A DNA stretch of 63,948 nt, filler included. It is 6 parts of 6 records of this genome, joined end to end, with 100 filler letters (N's around TTAATTAATTAA, not from the genome) between each part and the next. Parts side by side here need not be neighbours in the genome. Positions count along the whole stretch, not along the records: positions 1 to 22,978 come from DRR723986_26598; positions 23,079 to 29,427 come from DRR723986_26609; positions 29,528 to 34,585 come from DRR723986_26764; 3 more parts are not named here. One strand, given 5' to 3'. Below, piece after piece: positions 19,680 through 29,836 of the stretch. The stretch's first letter is position 1. Every line of letters starts with the position of its first letter. Position numbers and translations under genes: made by a program. Below the pieces are notes generated by a model. It ran no database searches. It was not told the origin of the DNA and saw nothing but the letters and a program-made list of their open reading frames with translations.

Positions 19680-21935
19680 TTAATTGAGGTCCTTGTCGCA
19701 GTCAACACATCTTGCTGGGAAGTCACTTGATTCTGTTGTACCAACAACAGATATTCGGCCATATACATCTGAAGCAATTGAATTGGCAATGTCATGTTCT
19801 GAACCACCTATGTAAGCGGCTCTTGTAATTTTTCCGAGGTTATGACTCAATTGTACAAACCATGAATCATATTTACCCGAGTAGTTTAAGTGTGCAGATC
19901 CAAACTCATCGTCCACAAGTGGAAAGTCAGTTGATTTTGTAATTCCGCAGACAGCAACCTGTCCTGAGGTAACGTAATAAATTACGTCGATCGCCTCTTC
20001 ACCTCCAGAACCGTTAATCAGTGTACTCTCCGAACGAATAAACGAGCTAGCACCGTATAAACAGACAAAAGCACGCGTACTACTAACCGCAGAGACAGTT
20101 GATACGGTACGAGTTACAGGAAAATCAGATGACAGAGTTGCCCCAACTACGCACACTGCATTCGAAGTCACATCATACGCCATTCCATAAGCAACGTCAC
20201 TATTGGTCGACCCCAAGTATGTAGACTGAGATAACATCATATCACCTGCCTGCGTGTAGACCAGATGCGACAAAAATGCGTCTCCGTTGCCTCCATAGGA
20301 CGCGTCATACTGTGGGCCGGCAGAAACATGGAAGTTCGTAGAGTACGTTAAGCCCGTCATAATAAAAGAGTAGTTCAATGTTGGTTCTGCTATTAAATCC
20401 AAAGCCCTGTCATCGTTTGTACCCCCTAAGAATACGGATGCGACTTGACTGGTAGCTGAACTTGAAACAATGGCAAGAAATGCGTCTTGCCCACCACCCG
20501 CGTGCCCTAACTGTAAAACGCTGTTGTTTGTCGAGGACTTAACGGTGTTTGTTGTGAACGGAACACTACTAGCTGAAGCAAAACCACACACAACCGGCTC
20601 GTGCGTTTGGGCATTAACATCTATTCCATAGGCATACTCATCTCCATCTCCTCCCAAATACATGAGAGAAAGGGGCGCATTCAAGTCACTGTTAACTCTC
20701 AAAATGAATGCATCAGAATTACCCCCAGAATAGCTCCCATGCTCAACACCTGAATTCGGCAGATTCATTTGTCCACCAGTGTAACCCGTAATAAGAAGTG
20801 ATTGGTCATTGGGGTCAAAAACAGCCGCCAAAGGGCGGTCGTTGTATACACCTCCAATGTAGAGCATTTGCAGAATATTTTCTCCGTCTTGAGATATCTT
20901 TGCAACATATATATCGTCATTGGCTACATACTGCCCAGAGCTACTTCCAATGCCACCCTGCCCGCTATCAAATAGACTGGAACTTGTTGCTCCCACGATT
21001 ACTGAGTTAAACTCATCATCTATTAGCACTTCTGTTGCAATGTCAACTGAGCTACCGCCGATATAGCTAGATGAAATCAAAGGGTCAATAATCAGTCGCT
21101 TCTTTTTGCTATATTTTCCTAGTTTGAATGTAACTGTATTGTTACCTTGTACTTTGAAATTAGCATCCACGGTACGGCGAGTTCTTGCGGAAGTGTTTTG
21201 ATAGGCTGCCAGCCCTGACTGGGTTATGTGCCCCAGCGAAGTATGTATTAACAGGTCGCCTTCGGAATCAACCTCTACGGAGCTAGCCCCGTCATACTCT
21301 ATCTGAATTTTGTCTGCCTGGCCATGTGGATCAACATATATATCGTAGCGTACATGTCCGGCATCAAAATAAAAGCGTACTGACACTCCTTTGTACACGT
21401 CTGAAATGTGAACTTCCTGATATCTATTGGCTTCTATTACCTCGTTCTCAAATTCACCAGGCATCCCTTTCGCGTAAATAACTGGAGCCCCAGCTTTGTG
21501 CACGCCGTAAATGCGTGACTCTCTACTCATTTTGCGATTGAGGTTGTCTGAGTCGTTCGGTGCGTCTTTTCCGCCTCGATCAATTTTACTATTCTTGAAT
21601 TTCATTTTAACTATATGTCGGTCAATCTTCACAGAATCTGCACCAAAATAGCGATAGACATCGTAGTTAAAGTTGTTCTTAACCGGCGCACTAAAACGCT
21701 TGACCTTACTCAGCTCCAGATAGATACCACTTTCTGTGATCCAGGTCGTCAGCCCTTTCTCTTGCGCCTGAAATAGTATATCCGGCTTCCATTGCCCGTT
21801 ATTTTCAACAAAGTAGAGTGACCTACGGCTATTGGATTCATTTTGTGCAAAAACTAGTGAAGGTACGTTTAGTACAGCCAGTAGGAGAAACGCAAATGTC
21901 ACCCTAGCGCTTTCTTGAAAGCGATTTCGTTTCAT
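19680..21935 (-). CDS. SBBP (seven-bladed beta-propeller) repeat protein
   Basis: FVENNGQW N-terminal domain, LIIDP, repeated YIGGS/YLGG..D.A and GxTxSxDFP motifs. ATG at 21935; the track starts at 21959. Confidence 0.88.
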   Translation of the reverse strand: MKRNRFQESARVTFAFLLLAVLNVPSLVFAQNESNSRRSLYFVENNGQWKPDILFQAQEKGLTTWITESGIYLELSKVKRFSAPVKNNFNYDVYRYFGADSVKIDRHIVKMKFKNSKIDRGGKDAPNDSDNLNRKMSRESRIYGVHKAGAPVIYAKGMPGEFENEVIEANRYQEVHISDVYKGVSVRFYFDAGHVRYDIYVDPHGQADKIQIEYDGASSVEVDSEGDLLIHTSLGHITQSGLAAYQNTSARTRRTVDANFKVQGNNTVTFKLGKYSKKKRLIIDPLISSSYIGGSSVDIATEVLIDDEFNSVIVGATSSSLFDSGQGGIGSSSGQYVANDDIYVAKISQDGENILQMLYIGGVYNDRPLAAVFDPNDQSLLITGYTGGQMNLPNSGVEHGSYSGGNSDAFILRVNSDLNAPLSLMYLGGDGDEYAYGIDVNAQTHEPVVCGFASASSVPFTTNTVKSSTNNSVLQLGHAGGGQDAFLAIVSSSATSQVASVFLGGTNDDRALDLIAEPTLNYSFIMTGLTYSTNFHVSAGPQYDASYGGNGDAFLSHLVYTQAGDMMLSQSTYLGSTNSDVAYGMAYDVTSNAVCVVGATLSSDFPVTRTVSTVSAVSSTRAFVCLYGASSFIRSESTLINGSGGEEAIDVIYYVTSGQVAVCGITKSTDFPLVDDEFGSAHLNYSGKYDSWFVQLSHNLGKITRAAYIGGSEHDIANSIASDVYGRISVVGTTESSDFPARCVDCDKDLN

Positions 21936-22249
21936 ATGATTCACGATATACGATTTCAAGCAAGCTCCGCCAGTTAAGCTTTAAACCTAACTAGATTCCC
22001 TGTGCAGAATCGTTTGTGTATGTTTTATTTCCGGCATCCTACGCGAATACCGCATACCTCAGACAGGCCAGGTTAATTAACTGGCTGCTTTCGGGTTTTT
22101 GATCTCAGATAAACAACTGTAAGGTAAAACAGATTACCTAACAGTCTCTCCAATGGGATATGCAATAAAACTGGTTGGATCGTTGTTGATTTGTAAATTC
22201 TCGTCTTACACCTGATACGACTCTGTGACTTGAATTGAAATCAACAGTG

Positions 22250-22257
22250 CAAATATA
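22250..22257 (-). promoter_or_regulatory. Putative Bacteroidota-type -7 promoter box (TATATTTG) for the contig-1 cluster
   Basis: Matches TAnnTTTG about 315 nt upstream of the first gene; the -33 box is weak. Confidence 0.35.
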
Positions 22258-22978
22258 GGCTCACCGGGATACCAATAAAAGGCATCAATCAGTGACCTAT
22301 GTATTTATTTTCTACTTCTACAAATCACCTACATCCTACATACTTGATTTCACCAATCCAATCGACCAGCAATATAAACCCCTCAACTCTTGCACAAGCA
22401 TAGGCACCGCACGGCATAAACCTTTTATTTTCAATTACTTTGCAGAACTTCAGACCAGATCACTGAACAATCACATTTAGCCAAATAAAGATAACGACGC
22501 TTCCCAACGGCTCCATTTCTGTACTTTAAAATCAGACACCTTCTTCCATCAAACCCACTATTCCCATTCATTCCCCACCAATCCAGCAGATTATGTTACA
22601 TGACATTTGGTGGTTGCTGATTTTACTACTTGCCACTTACACTAAACTCATAGTTTATTTCAGTTCGATTATTTGGGTAACCTTTAAACAATCACATTTC
22701 ATACACGGTTTCGCATACCTACAAAACTTCATCTCACGCTGTAAGACAAATCGGCAACTCCAATTTCATTTGTTATCCTTTGATGATTTATCACATTCCA
22801 CGTATCGTACTTATGGAATTTTTCAGCACCTTCAATTCCCTGACTCAGAGTCAATTAACACTGCCCCAGACAGCGTTCAATGTTGCAACACCATTTTAAT
22901 GCTAAAGCATACCGCGGGTTTCTCCTGAGTTCATCAACTCGTAAATGTCTAGGGCGTGTTAACACAAGTCAGCCTTCG

Positions 22979-23078
22979 NNNNNNNNNNNNNNNNNNNNNN
23001 NNNNNNNNNNNNNNNNNNNNNNTTAATTAATTAANNNNNNNNNNNNNNNNNNNNNNNNNNNNNNNNNNNNNNNNNNNN
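22979..23078. other. Artificial contig linker
   Basis: 44 N + TTAATTAATTAA (stops in all six frames) + 44 N. Confidence 0.98.
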
Positions 23079-23690
23079 GGTGAACTTGTAGGCGCCGTGG
23101 CTGGTGCCCATGGCGATGGCAAGCGCGTCGACCTTGGTTTCCTGCACGAACTTGACGGCTTCTTCCGGGTCGGTCAGCAGCTGGTCATGGCTGAGCTTGC
23201 CTTCCGCGCCGTGGCCGTCTTCCTTGTCGCCCATGCCGGTTTCAAGAGACCCCAGAACACCGAGTTCGCCCTCAACGGAGATGCCGCCCAGATGGGACAT
23301 GTCGGTCACGGTCTTGGTGACGCCGACGTTGTAGTCCCAGTTTGCCGGGGTCTTGCCGTCGGCTTCAAGGGAACCGTCCATCATCACAGAGGTGAAGCCG
23401 GACTGGATGGCCGTCATGCAGGTTTGCGGAGCATTGCCGTGGTCCAGATGCACGCAGACCGGAATATGCGGATAGATTTCCACGACTGCGTCCATCATGT
23501 GCTTCAGCATCACGTCGTGGGCATAGGACCTGGCACCGCGGGAGGCCTGGATGATAACCGGGGCGTCGGTCTGGTCCGCCGCAGCCATGATCGCCAGTGC
23601 CTGCTCCATGTTGTTGATATTGAACGCCGGAACGCCGTAGTCGTGTTCAGCAGCATGATCAAGAAGCTGGCGGAGGGTGATACGTGCCAT
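23079..23690 (-). CDS. fba: Class II fructose-bisphosphate aldolase (3' truncated)
   Basis: [57 protein letters not shown]. Confidence 0.95.
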
Positions 23691-23924
23691 CAAAAATCTC
23701 CAGAGGGTCCGGTTCCAATGAGCCGACAAGGTTCGCGAAAAATCACGACACCTATTTTGCGGTGCGTCAAGTCCCGCTGGTTCTAACAATATTTGTGGCC
23801 ATTTAAAGAGGGCCGGCTTCGCTTAAATCAATTAAAATACAAGGGTCTGCCGGAAATCGTGTTGGCAGATTTAATTTGCGGATCGAATTAAATTGAGGCG
23901 GTCGGCACCGCCGCCCGGCGAGTT

Positions 23925-24305
23925 TTAAACCGGCGAACTGATATCGACAAATGTTCCGGCCGGATCTCTGACAATCATCCTCATCTGGCCATAGGGCATT
24001 TCGCGAGGTGCCTCGACCACGTTCACACCGAGTGTCAGGGCACGCTCGTATACCGTTGAACAGTCGTCGACGACAAAGGTCAGGATCACTCCTGCGGTGG
24101 CGCGCTGGGCACGTGCCGGGACAATCTCGCTGGTCTGTTTCAGGATGCCCAGCTCGAGGGCCGGGTTATCGGCATCGGCAAGGTTTACAAACCAGTCGGA
24201 CACGAATTGCGGCTGCAGGCCCAGGAGGTCCTGATAGAAGGCCGCCGTTGCGGCGACCTCCTCGGTCAGGATGTTGGTGAAACAGCGTTGCATGACAGAT
24301 TTCAC
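23925..24305 (-). CDS. VOC/glyoxalase family protein
   Basis: FYQDLLGL, TFVVDD, PREMPYGQMRMIVRDPAG. Confidence 0.9.
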   Translation of the reverse strand: MKSVMQRCFTNILTEEVAATAAFYQDLLGLQPQFVSDWFVNLADADNPALELGILKQTSEIVPARAQRATAGVILTFVVDDCSTVYERALTLGVNVVEAPREMPYGQMRMIVRDPAGTFVDISSPV

Positions 24306-24317
24306 CCCGCTTCGATG

Positions 24318-25511
24318 TCAGGCTTCGAGTGCCTTCACCCCCGGCAGTTCCTTGCCTTCCAGCCATTCCAGGAAGGCGCCGCCGGCTGTGGAGACATAGG
24401 AGAAATCGTCAGCCGCTCCCGCGTGGTTGAGCGCTGCGACGGTATCGCCGCCACCGGCCACGGAGTTCAGCTTGCCCGCCTTGGTGTTGGCAGCGGCATG
24501 CTTGGCAGCCGCAACGGTTGCGGTGTCGAACGGGGCGATCTCGAACGCGCCCAGGGGGCCATTCCAGACCAGGGTCTTGGCGGCGTCGATCTTGGTTTTC
24601 ACCGTTTCGATGGATGCCGCACCGACATCGAGGATCATGCCGTCTGCCGGGATGGCGTCGAGCGAAACAGTTTCGTTGTCCGCGCCGGCCTTGAATTCCC
24701 TGGCAACAACGGCATCGGCAGGCAAGACGATCTCACAACCGGCCTTATCGGCTGCGGTCATGATGCGTTTTGCGGTTTCAGCCAGATCATGCTCGCACAG
24801 CGACTTGCCGACGTCCGTGCCTTGTGCGGCCAGGAAGGTGTTGGCCATGCCGCCGCCGATAACAAGCATGTCGACCTTGGCAACGAGGTTTTCCAGCAGA
24901 TCGATCTTGGAAGAAACCTTCGCACCGCCGACAACGGCGAGAACCGGACGAACAGGATTGCCGAGCGCGGAGCCCAGGGCTTCCAGTTCCGCCTGCATGG
25001 TGCGGCCGGCATAGGCTGGCAGAAGCCGGGCAATGCCCTCTGTGGAGCCGTGGGCCCGGTGTGCCGCCGAAAAGGCGTCGTTGACATAGATGTCGCCGTT
25101 GGCGGCCAGAGCCTTGGCGAAGTCCGGGTCGTTCTTTTCTTCACCGGCATGGAAGCGGGTGTTTTCCAGCAGCAGGACATCGCCATCGACCATCACGTCG
25201 ACAGCATCCTTTGCCGCCTGGCCGATGCAGTCGTCTGCAAAGACCACGGGTCTGCCAAGCAGGCCGGCAACCGCCAGGGCAACCGGGCCGAGCGACATGT
25301 CGGCAACGCGCGCGCCCTTCGGGCGGCCGAAATGGGCGAGCAGGATAACCTTTGCCTTCTTGTCGGACAGTTCGCGGATGGTCGGCAGGACCCGCTCGAT
25401 GCGGGTGGTATCGGAAACCTTGCCGCCATCCATCGGTACGTTGAGGTCGACGCGGACCAGAACGCGTTTGCCGGCAATGTCAGTCAGATCATCGAGAGTT
25501 TTGAAAGCCAT
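24318..25511 (-). CDS. pgk: Phosphoglycerate kinase
   Basis: [60 protein letters not shown]. Confidence 0.98.
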   Translation of the reverse strand: MAFKTLDDLTDIAGKRVLVRVDLNVPMDGGKVSDTTRIERVLPTIRELSDKKAKVILLAHFGRPKGARVADMSLGPVALAVAGLLGRPVVFADDCIGQAAKDAVDVMVDGDVLLLENTRFHAGEEKNDPDFAKALAANGDIYVNDAFSAAHRAHGSTEGIARLLPAYAGRTMQAELEALGSALGNPVRPVLAVVGGAKVSSKIDLLENLVAKVDMLVIGGGMANTFLAAQGTDVGKSLCEHDLAETAKRIMTAADKAGCEIVLPADAVVAREFKAGADNETVSLDAIPADGMILDVGAASIETVKTKIDAAKTLVWNGPLGAFEIAPFDTATVAAAKHAAANTKAGKLNSVAGGGDTVAALNHAGAADDFSYVSTAGGAFLEWLEGKELPGVKALEA

Positions 25512-25539
25512 TGATTTACCTGTTGGAAATCGCCCGTCT

Positions 25540-26163
25540 TCAAGGACGGCTGGAGTTGGTGGAAACGGCGATGCCGATGCCGAACAAGGTCAGGAGAATG
25601 CCGAAGGACCGTTCCATCCAGAGCTTGGCACGCATGAACTTGAGGCGTACGGCAGGAAGCGTGAAGAAGACGGTCACCAGAACAAACCAAAGGAACACGC
25701 CGCCCGCCATGATCACGCCGTAACCGATCTGGGTCCAGAGCGGTGTTTCGGGAGACGTCACCTGCAGAAACACCGAAAGGGCGAACATGGTGGCTTTCGG
25801 ATTGGTCACGTTGGTGAAGAAGCCCCAGCGAAGCGCGCGGAAGGGCGACATGCCGGACAGGGCACCGTCGGCCGGCATCTCCTTAGATGCCGTGCGGTAC
25901 ATGGTGACGCCCAGGAAAACGAGATAGGCAGCGCCGATCAGTTTCAGCGCGTTGAAGAGCAGGATCGACTGGGAAACGATCAGGCCGATACCCGCCAGTG
26001 CGTAAGTGACGTGTACGCCGAGGGCCAGCGCGATGCCGAGCGCAGTCATGATGCCGGCGAGCCGTCCGCCGATGAGGGCATTGCGCAGGACAACGGCAAA
26101 GTCGGGCCCGGGAACGATTGCGACCACGACGGTCAGCGAAATGACGGTGAGCAGTTCGAGCAA
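25540..26163 (-). CDS. LysE/RhtB family amino-acid exporter
   Basis: [35 protein letters not shown]; likely TTG start at 26163 after GGAG. Confidence 0.92.
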   Translation of the reverse strand: MLELLTVISLTVVVAIVPGPDFAVVLRNALIGGRLAGIMTALGIALALGVHVTYALAGIGLIVSQSILLFNALKLIGAAYLVFLGVTMYRTASKEMPADGALSGMSPFRALRWGFFTNVTNPKATMFALSVFLQVTSPETPLWTQIGYGVIMAGGVFLWFVLVTVFFTLPAVRLKFMRAKLWMERSFGILLTLFGIGIAVSTNSSRP

Positions 26164-26203
26164 GCAGGGAACTCCGGGAAGGATAAGGGGCGAACAGGGA
26201 GAG

Positions 26204-26377
26204 CTATCGATCTGGCGGTGATTGAAGGTTGGCCATCGTTTCGGACTTTTGGCCGTCAACATCCGGCTGCCAGGACCGTTTGGTGTTTCTTGCGGAGCGT
26301 TCCTTCGACCGTTCCACGAAATAGAAGCCGACGCCGATCAGGACAACAAATACGATCAGAAAAGTCAGCGTGGTCAT
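26204..26377 (-). CDS. Small single-TM protein (57 aa), below the ORF-track cutoff
   Basis: Hand translation: MTTLTFLIVFVVLIGVGFYFVERSKERSARNTKRSWQPDVDGQKSETMANLQSPPDR; AAGGA upstream. Confidence 0.65.
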   Translation of the reverse strand: MTTLTFLIVFVVLIGVGFYFVERSKERSARNTKRSWQPDVDGQKSETMANLQSPPDR

Positions 26378-26399
26378 GGCCAGGATCCTTCAATTGGAC

Positions 26400-26588
26400 T
26401 CAGGAATTTCCAGCCGGAGAATCCGGCTTTCGCAAGACATCGGTATTGAGGCTGCCCATGTCAGGCTCATCGTCCTGATCTGAAGGGAACCGTTCGTTGT
26501 CCCGCTTCATATCGAGCCAGTAGAACCCGAAACCCACAAGGCAACCAACCGCGAACAACGACCCAAGAATGACCAGTAGAGCGGTCAT
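26400..26588 (-). CDS. Small single-TM protein (62 aa)
   Basis: MTALLVILGSLFAVGCLVGFGFYWLDMKRD...; GGAG RBS upstream of ATG 26588. Confidence 0.7.
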   Translation of the reverse strand: MTALLVILGSLFAVGCLVGFGFYWLDMKRDNERFPSDQDDEPDMGSLNTDVLRKPDSPAGNS

Positions 26589-26708
26589 GACGGCGTCTCC
26601 AGGATTGAACTGCAAGTCTGCAGCTCCAGTCTACATGACCTTTGCCCCGGGGCTATGCCTGAATCGAGAAAGTTTTTGCGGCTTTGCCGGAAAGACATCC
26701 ATACCGAC

Positions 26709-26738
26709 AAAAAAGACGCCGGATGAACCGGCGTCTTT
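26709..26738 (-). terminator. Intrinsic terminator after gap
   Basis: AAAGACGCCGG/CCGGCGTCTTT stem with a minus-strand U-tract. Confidence 0.8.
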
Positions 26739-26750
26739 CGAAGGCAGGGA

Positions 26751-27761
26751 TCAGATGAGCTTTGCCATCGCCACGGCCGTATCGGCCATGCGGTTGGAGA
26801 AGCCCCATTCGTTGTCGTACCAGGACAGGATGCGCACGAAGGTGCCGTCCATGACCTTGGTCTGGTCGCAATGGAAGACCGAGGAATGGCTGTCATGGTT
26901 GAAGTCCATGGAAACCAGCTTGTCTTCGGTGTAGCCGAGCACGCCCTTCAGCTTGCCGTTTGCGGCTGCCTTGATGGCTTCGTTGATTTCCTCAACGGTG
27001 GTGTCGCGCTTGGCGATGAAGTTCAGGTCGACCACGGAAACGTTAGGCGTCGGGACACGAATGGCCACACCGTCCATCTTGCCGGCCAGGTCCGGCAGTA
27101 CCAGGCCGACGGCCTTTGCAGCGCCGGTGGAGGTCGGGATCATGGACATGGCCGCAGCACGGGCGCGGTAGAGATCCTTGTGCATGGTGTCCAGCGTCGG
27201 CTGGTCACCGGTGTACGAGTGGATCGTGGTCATGAAACCTTTTTCGATGCCGATGGTTTCGTTCAGCACATAGGCGACCGGGGACAGGCAGTTGGTGGTG
27301 CAGGACGCGTTGGATACGACGAGGTCGTTTGCGGTCAGCGCATCGTGGTTGACACCGTAGACGATGGTCTTGTCGGCGCCGTCTGCCGGGGCGGAGACCA
27401 GAACGCGCTTGGCGCCGGCTTCCAGGTGCATGGAGGCCTTTTCCTTGGCGGTGAAGATGCCGGTGCATTCCATGGCGACTTCAACGCCAAGCTCGCCCCA
27501 GGGCAGTTCCTTCGGGTCGCGGATCGCGGTCACCTTGATCGGCTTGCCGCCACCGACGGAAATGGTGTCGCCATCGACCTTGACCTCTGCCGGGAAACGG
27601 CCGTGCACGCTGTCGTAACGCAGCAGATGCGCGTTGGTCTCGACCGGGCCGAGATCGTTGATCGCAACGACTTTAATGTCGGTGCGGCCGGATTCGACGA
27701 TCGCACGCAGCACATTGCGGCCGATGCGTCCAAATCCATTGATTGCTACCTTGGTTACCAT
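26751..27761 (-). CDS. gap: Glyceraldehyde-3-phosphate dehydrogenase type I
   Basis: [36 protein letters not shown]. Confidence 0.98.
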   Translation of the reverse strand: MVTKVAINGFGRIGRNVLRAIVESGRTDIKVVAINDLGPVETNAHLLRYDSVHGRFPAEVKVDGDTISVGGGKPIKVTAIRDPKELPWGELGVEVAMECTGIFTAKEKASMHLEAGAKRVLVSAPADGADKTIVYGVNHDALTANDLVVSNASCTTNCLSPVAYVLNETIGIEKGFMTTIHSYTGDQPTLDTMHKDLYRARAAAMSMIPTSTGAAKAVGLVLPDLAGKMDGVAIRVPTPNVSVVDLNFIAKRDTTVEEINEAIKAAANGKLKGVLGYTEDKLVSMDFNHDSHSSVFHCDQTKVMDGTFVRILSWYDNEWGFSNRMADTAVAMAKLI

Positions 27762-27905
27762 AATCCACTCCCGCAATCTTCGGTGTGCCTCAGAAGGGGC
27801 TAAACCGATTTAAAAACCACATAGTGTGGTCACTTGAAAAGCACTTGATGTGCCCGTAGGCCCGGCACCATAGGAGGAAGTCTTGGTGCCGGGAATTGAT
27901 TTCGG

Positions 27906-29427
27906 TTAAACGCTGAGCTTTGCCTTGGCGGCTGCAACCACGGCGTCCGCCGTGATGCCGAAATGCTCGTAGAGTTCCTTGTAAGGCGCGCTCGCGCCAA
28001 AGCCGGTCATGCCGACAAAGATACCGTCCGCACCAATAAAGCGGTCCCAGCCCATGCGGATGCCGGCTTCAACGGCGATCTTGACCGGGCTGTTGCCGAT
28101 GACGGCGGCCTTGTAGTCGTCTGACTGTGCTTCGAAGAGCTCGTACGACGGAACGGAGACCACGCGCACGGCAATGCCGGCCGTGCTCAGGTCCTTTTGC
28201 GCGTTGACGGCGATTTCGACTTCCGAACCGGTCGCGAAGATGGTCACGGCCGCGTCTTCGTCGCTGTCGATCAGCACATAGGCACCCTTGGCGCAGAGGT
28301 TGTTTTCCTCATAGGTCTTGCGCAGCGACGGCAGGTTCTGACGGGTCAGTGCCAGGACCGACGGTCCGTCGCGGTTCTCCAGCGACAGCTGCCAGCACTC
28401 GAGCGTCTCGGTGATGTCGGCCGGGCGGAAGAAGGTCAGGTTCGGGATCGCGCGCAGGGCGGCGAAATGTTCCACCGGCTGGTGGGTCGGACCGTCTTCG
28501 CCAAGACCGATGGAATCATGGGTCATGACGTGAATCACCCGCTGGCCCATGAGGGCTGCGAGACGGATCGACGGACGGCAGTAATCGGAGAAGATCAGGA
28601 AGCCGCCGGAATAGGGGATAAGGCCGCCGTGCAGAGCCATGCCGTTCATGGCTGCCGCCATGCCGTGTTCACGGATGCCGTAGTGGATGTAACGGCCGGA
28701 GAAATCGTCCGGGGTGACCGGCGCGGTTTGCGGCGTCTTGGTGTTGTTGGAGCCGGTCAGGTCGGCGGAGCCGCCAATGGTTTCCGGAACAACTTCGTTG
28801 ATGACACCCAGAACAGCTTCGGAAGCCTTCCGGGTCGCCATGGTCGGCTGTTCGTCGGCGAGCTTCTTCTTGTAGTCCAGAACGGCCTGGGTGAAGCCGG
28901 CCGGCAGGTCGCCACGATTGCGGCGCTCGAATTCGGCGCGGGTCTCGGCGTCAGCTTCGGCAAAGCGCTTCTGCCAGTCCTTGTGAGCCTGGGCGGAGCG
29001 AAGGCCGGCAATGCGCCAGGCGTCCAGAATGTCGCTTGGAACTTCAAACGGCGCGTGCGGCCAGTTGAGCGCGGCACGGGTGCCGGAAATTTCGTCTGCA
29101 CCAAGCGGCGAGCCGTGAACCTTCGCAGTGCCGGCCTTGGTCGGTGCACCGAAGCCGATGGTGGTCTTGGCGGCGATCAGGGTCGGGCGGTCGCTGGCCT
29201 GTGCCTGGCGGATCGCTGCGGAAATGGCGACCGGATCGTGACCGTCGACACTGAGCGTGTTCCAGCCGGAGGCGGCAAAACGGGCCTGCTGGTCAGTTGA
29301 ATCGGTGATTTCGACCTTGCCGTCGATGGAGATGCCGTTGTCGTCCCAGATGACGATCAGCTTGTTGAGCTTCAGGTGACCTGCCAGCGACAGGGCTTCC
29401 TGGCTGATGCCTTCCATGAGGCAGCCG
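27906..29427 (-). CDS. tkt: Transketolase (5' truncated)
   Basis: [45 protein letters not shown]. Confidence 0.97.
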
Positions 29428-29527
29428 NNNNNNNNNNNNNNNNNNNNNNNNNNNNNNNNNNNNNNNNNNNNTTAATTAATTAANNNNNNNNNNNNNNNNN
29501 NNNNNNNNNNNNNNNNNNNNNNNNNNN
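29428..29527. other. Artificial contig linker
   Basis: Same 100-nt N/TTAATTAATTAA spacer. Confidence 0.98.
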
Positions 29528-29677
29528 TCCCCCGCCGACCAGCACTCCAATTTCCCCGAATTTTTCACCCCGGAACAGTCCCCTCCCACCCCGGAAAATC
29601 CAGATTTTTTTTTGAGCCAGGGAGCCGCCAGACTCCACCTAAGCCCTGCTGTGACGATGCCAAAACCTCCGGTGGTT
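29528..29677 (+). repeat. Left copy of ~150-bp repeat, inverted relative to 34437-34585
   Basis: tcccccgccgaccagcactccaatttcccc...aaaatccagattttttttgagccaggga...acctccggtggtt matches the reverse complement of the contig end, with scattered mismatches. Confidence 0.92.
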
Positions 29678-29836
29678 TCGACAAGTACAATCTGTTAAGT
29701 CCTGCACAAGCCTGCAAACAGAAAAACATCAACGGCCAGTAAACGCCACTAAAGTGACGGTAAAGCGTGGGTGAACGGCATTGTAAATCGAGATACTTCA
29801 AACCAGAAAAGCAGCTAAATCGCGTAAAATATCAGC

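Noticed and set aside
21961-21971. Minus-strand GGCGGAGCTTG resembling the RfaH ops element
   Set aside because: It lacks the conserved T of GGCGGTAG, is short enough to occur by chance, and may simply be an RBS-like sequence.
23023-23034. TTAATTAATTAA palindrome repeated five times
   Set aside because: Artificial six-frame-stop linker inside N runs.
24207-29300. Long plus-strand ORFs (435, 462, 310, 367 aa) opposite pgk/gap/tkt
   Set aside because: Antisense shadows caused by high-GC codon bias.
29565-29801. 78-aa ORF and its twin at 34354-34548 sharing KKNLDFPGWEGTVPG
   Set aside because: The shared peptide is just the inverted DNA repeat translated; no coding evidence.
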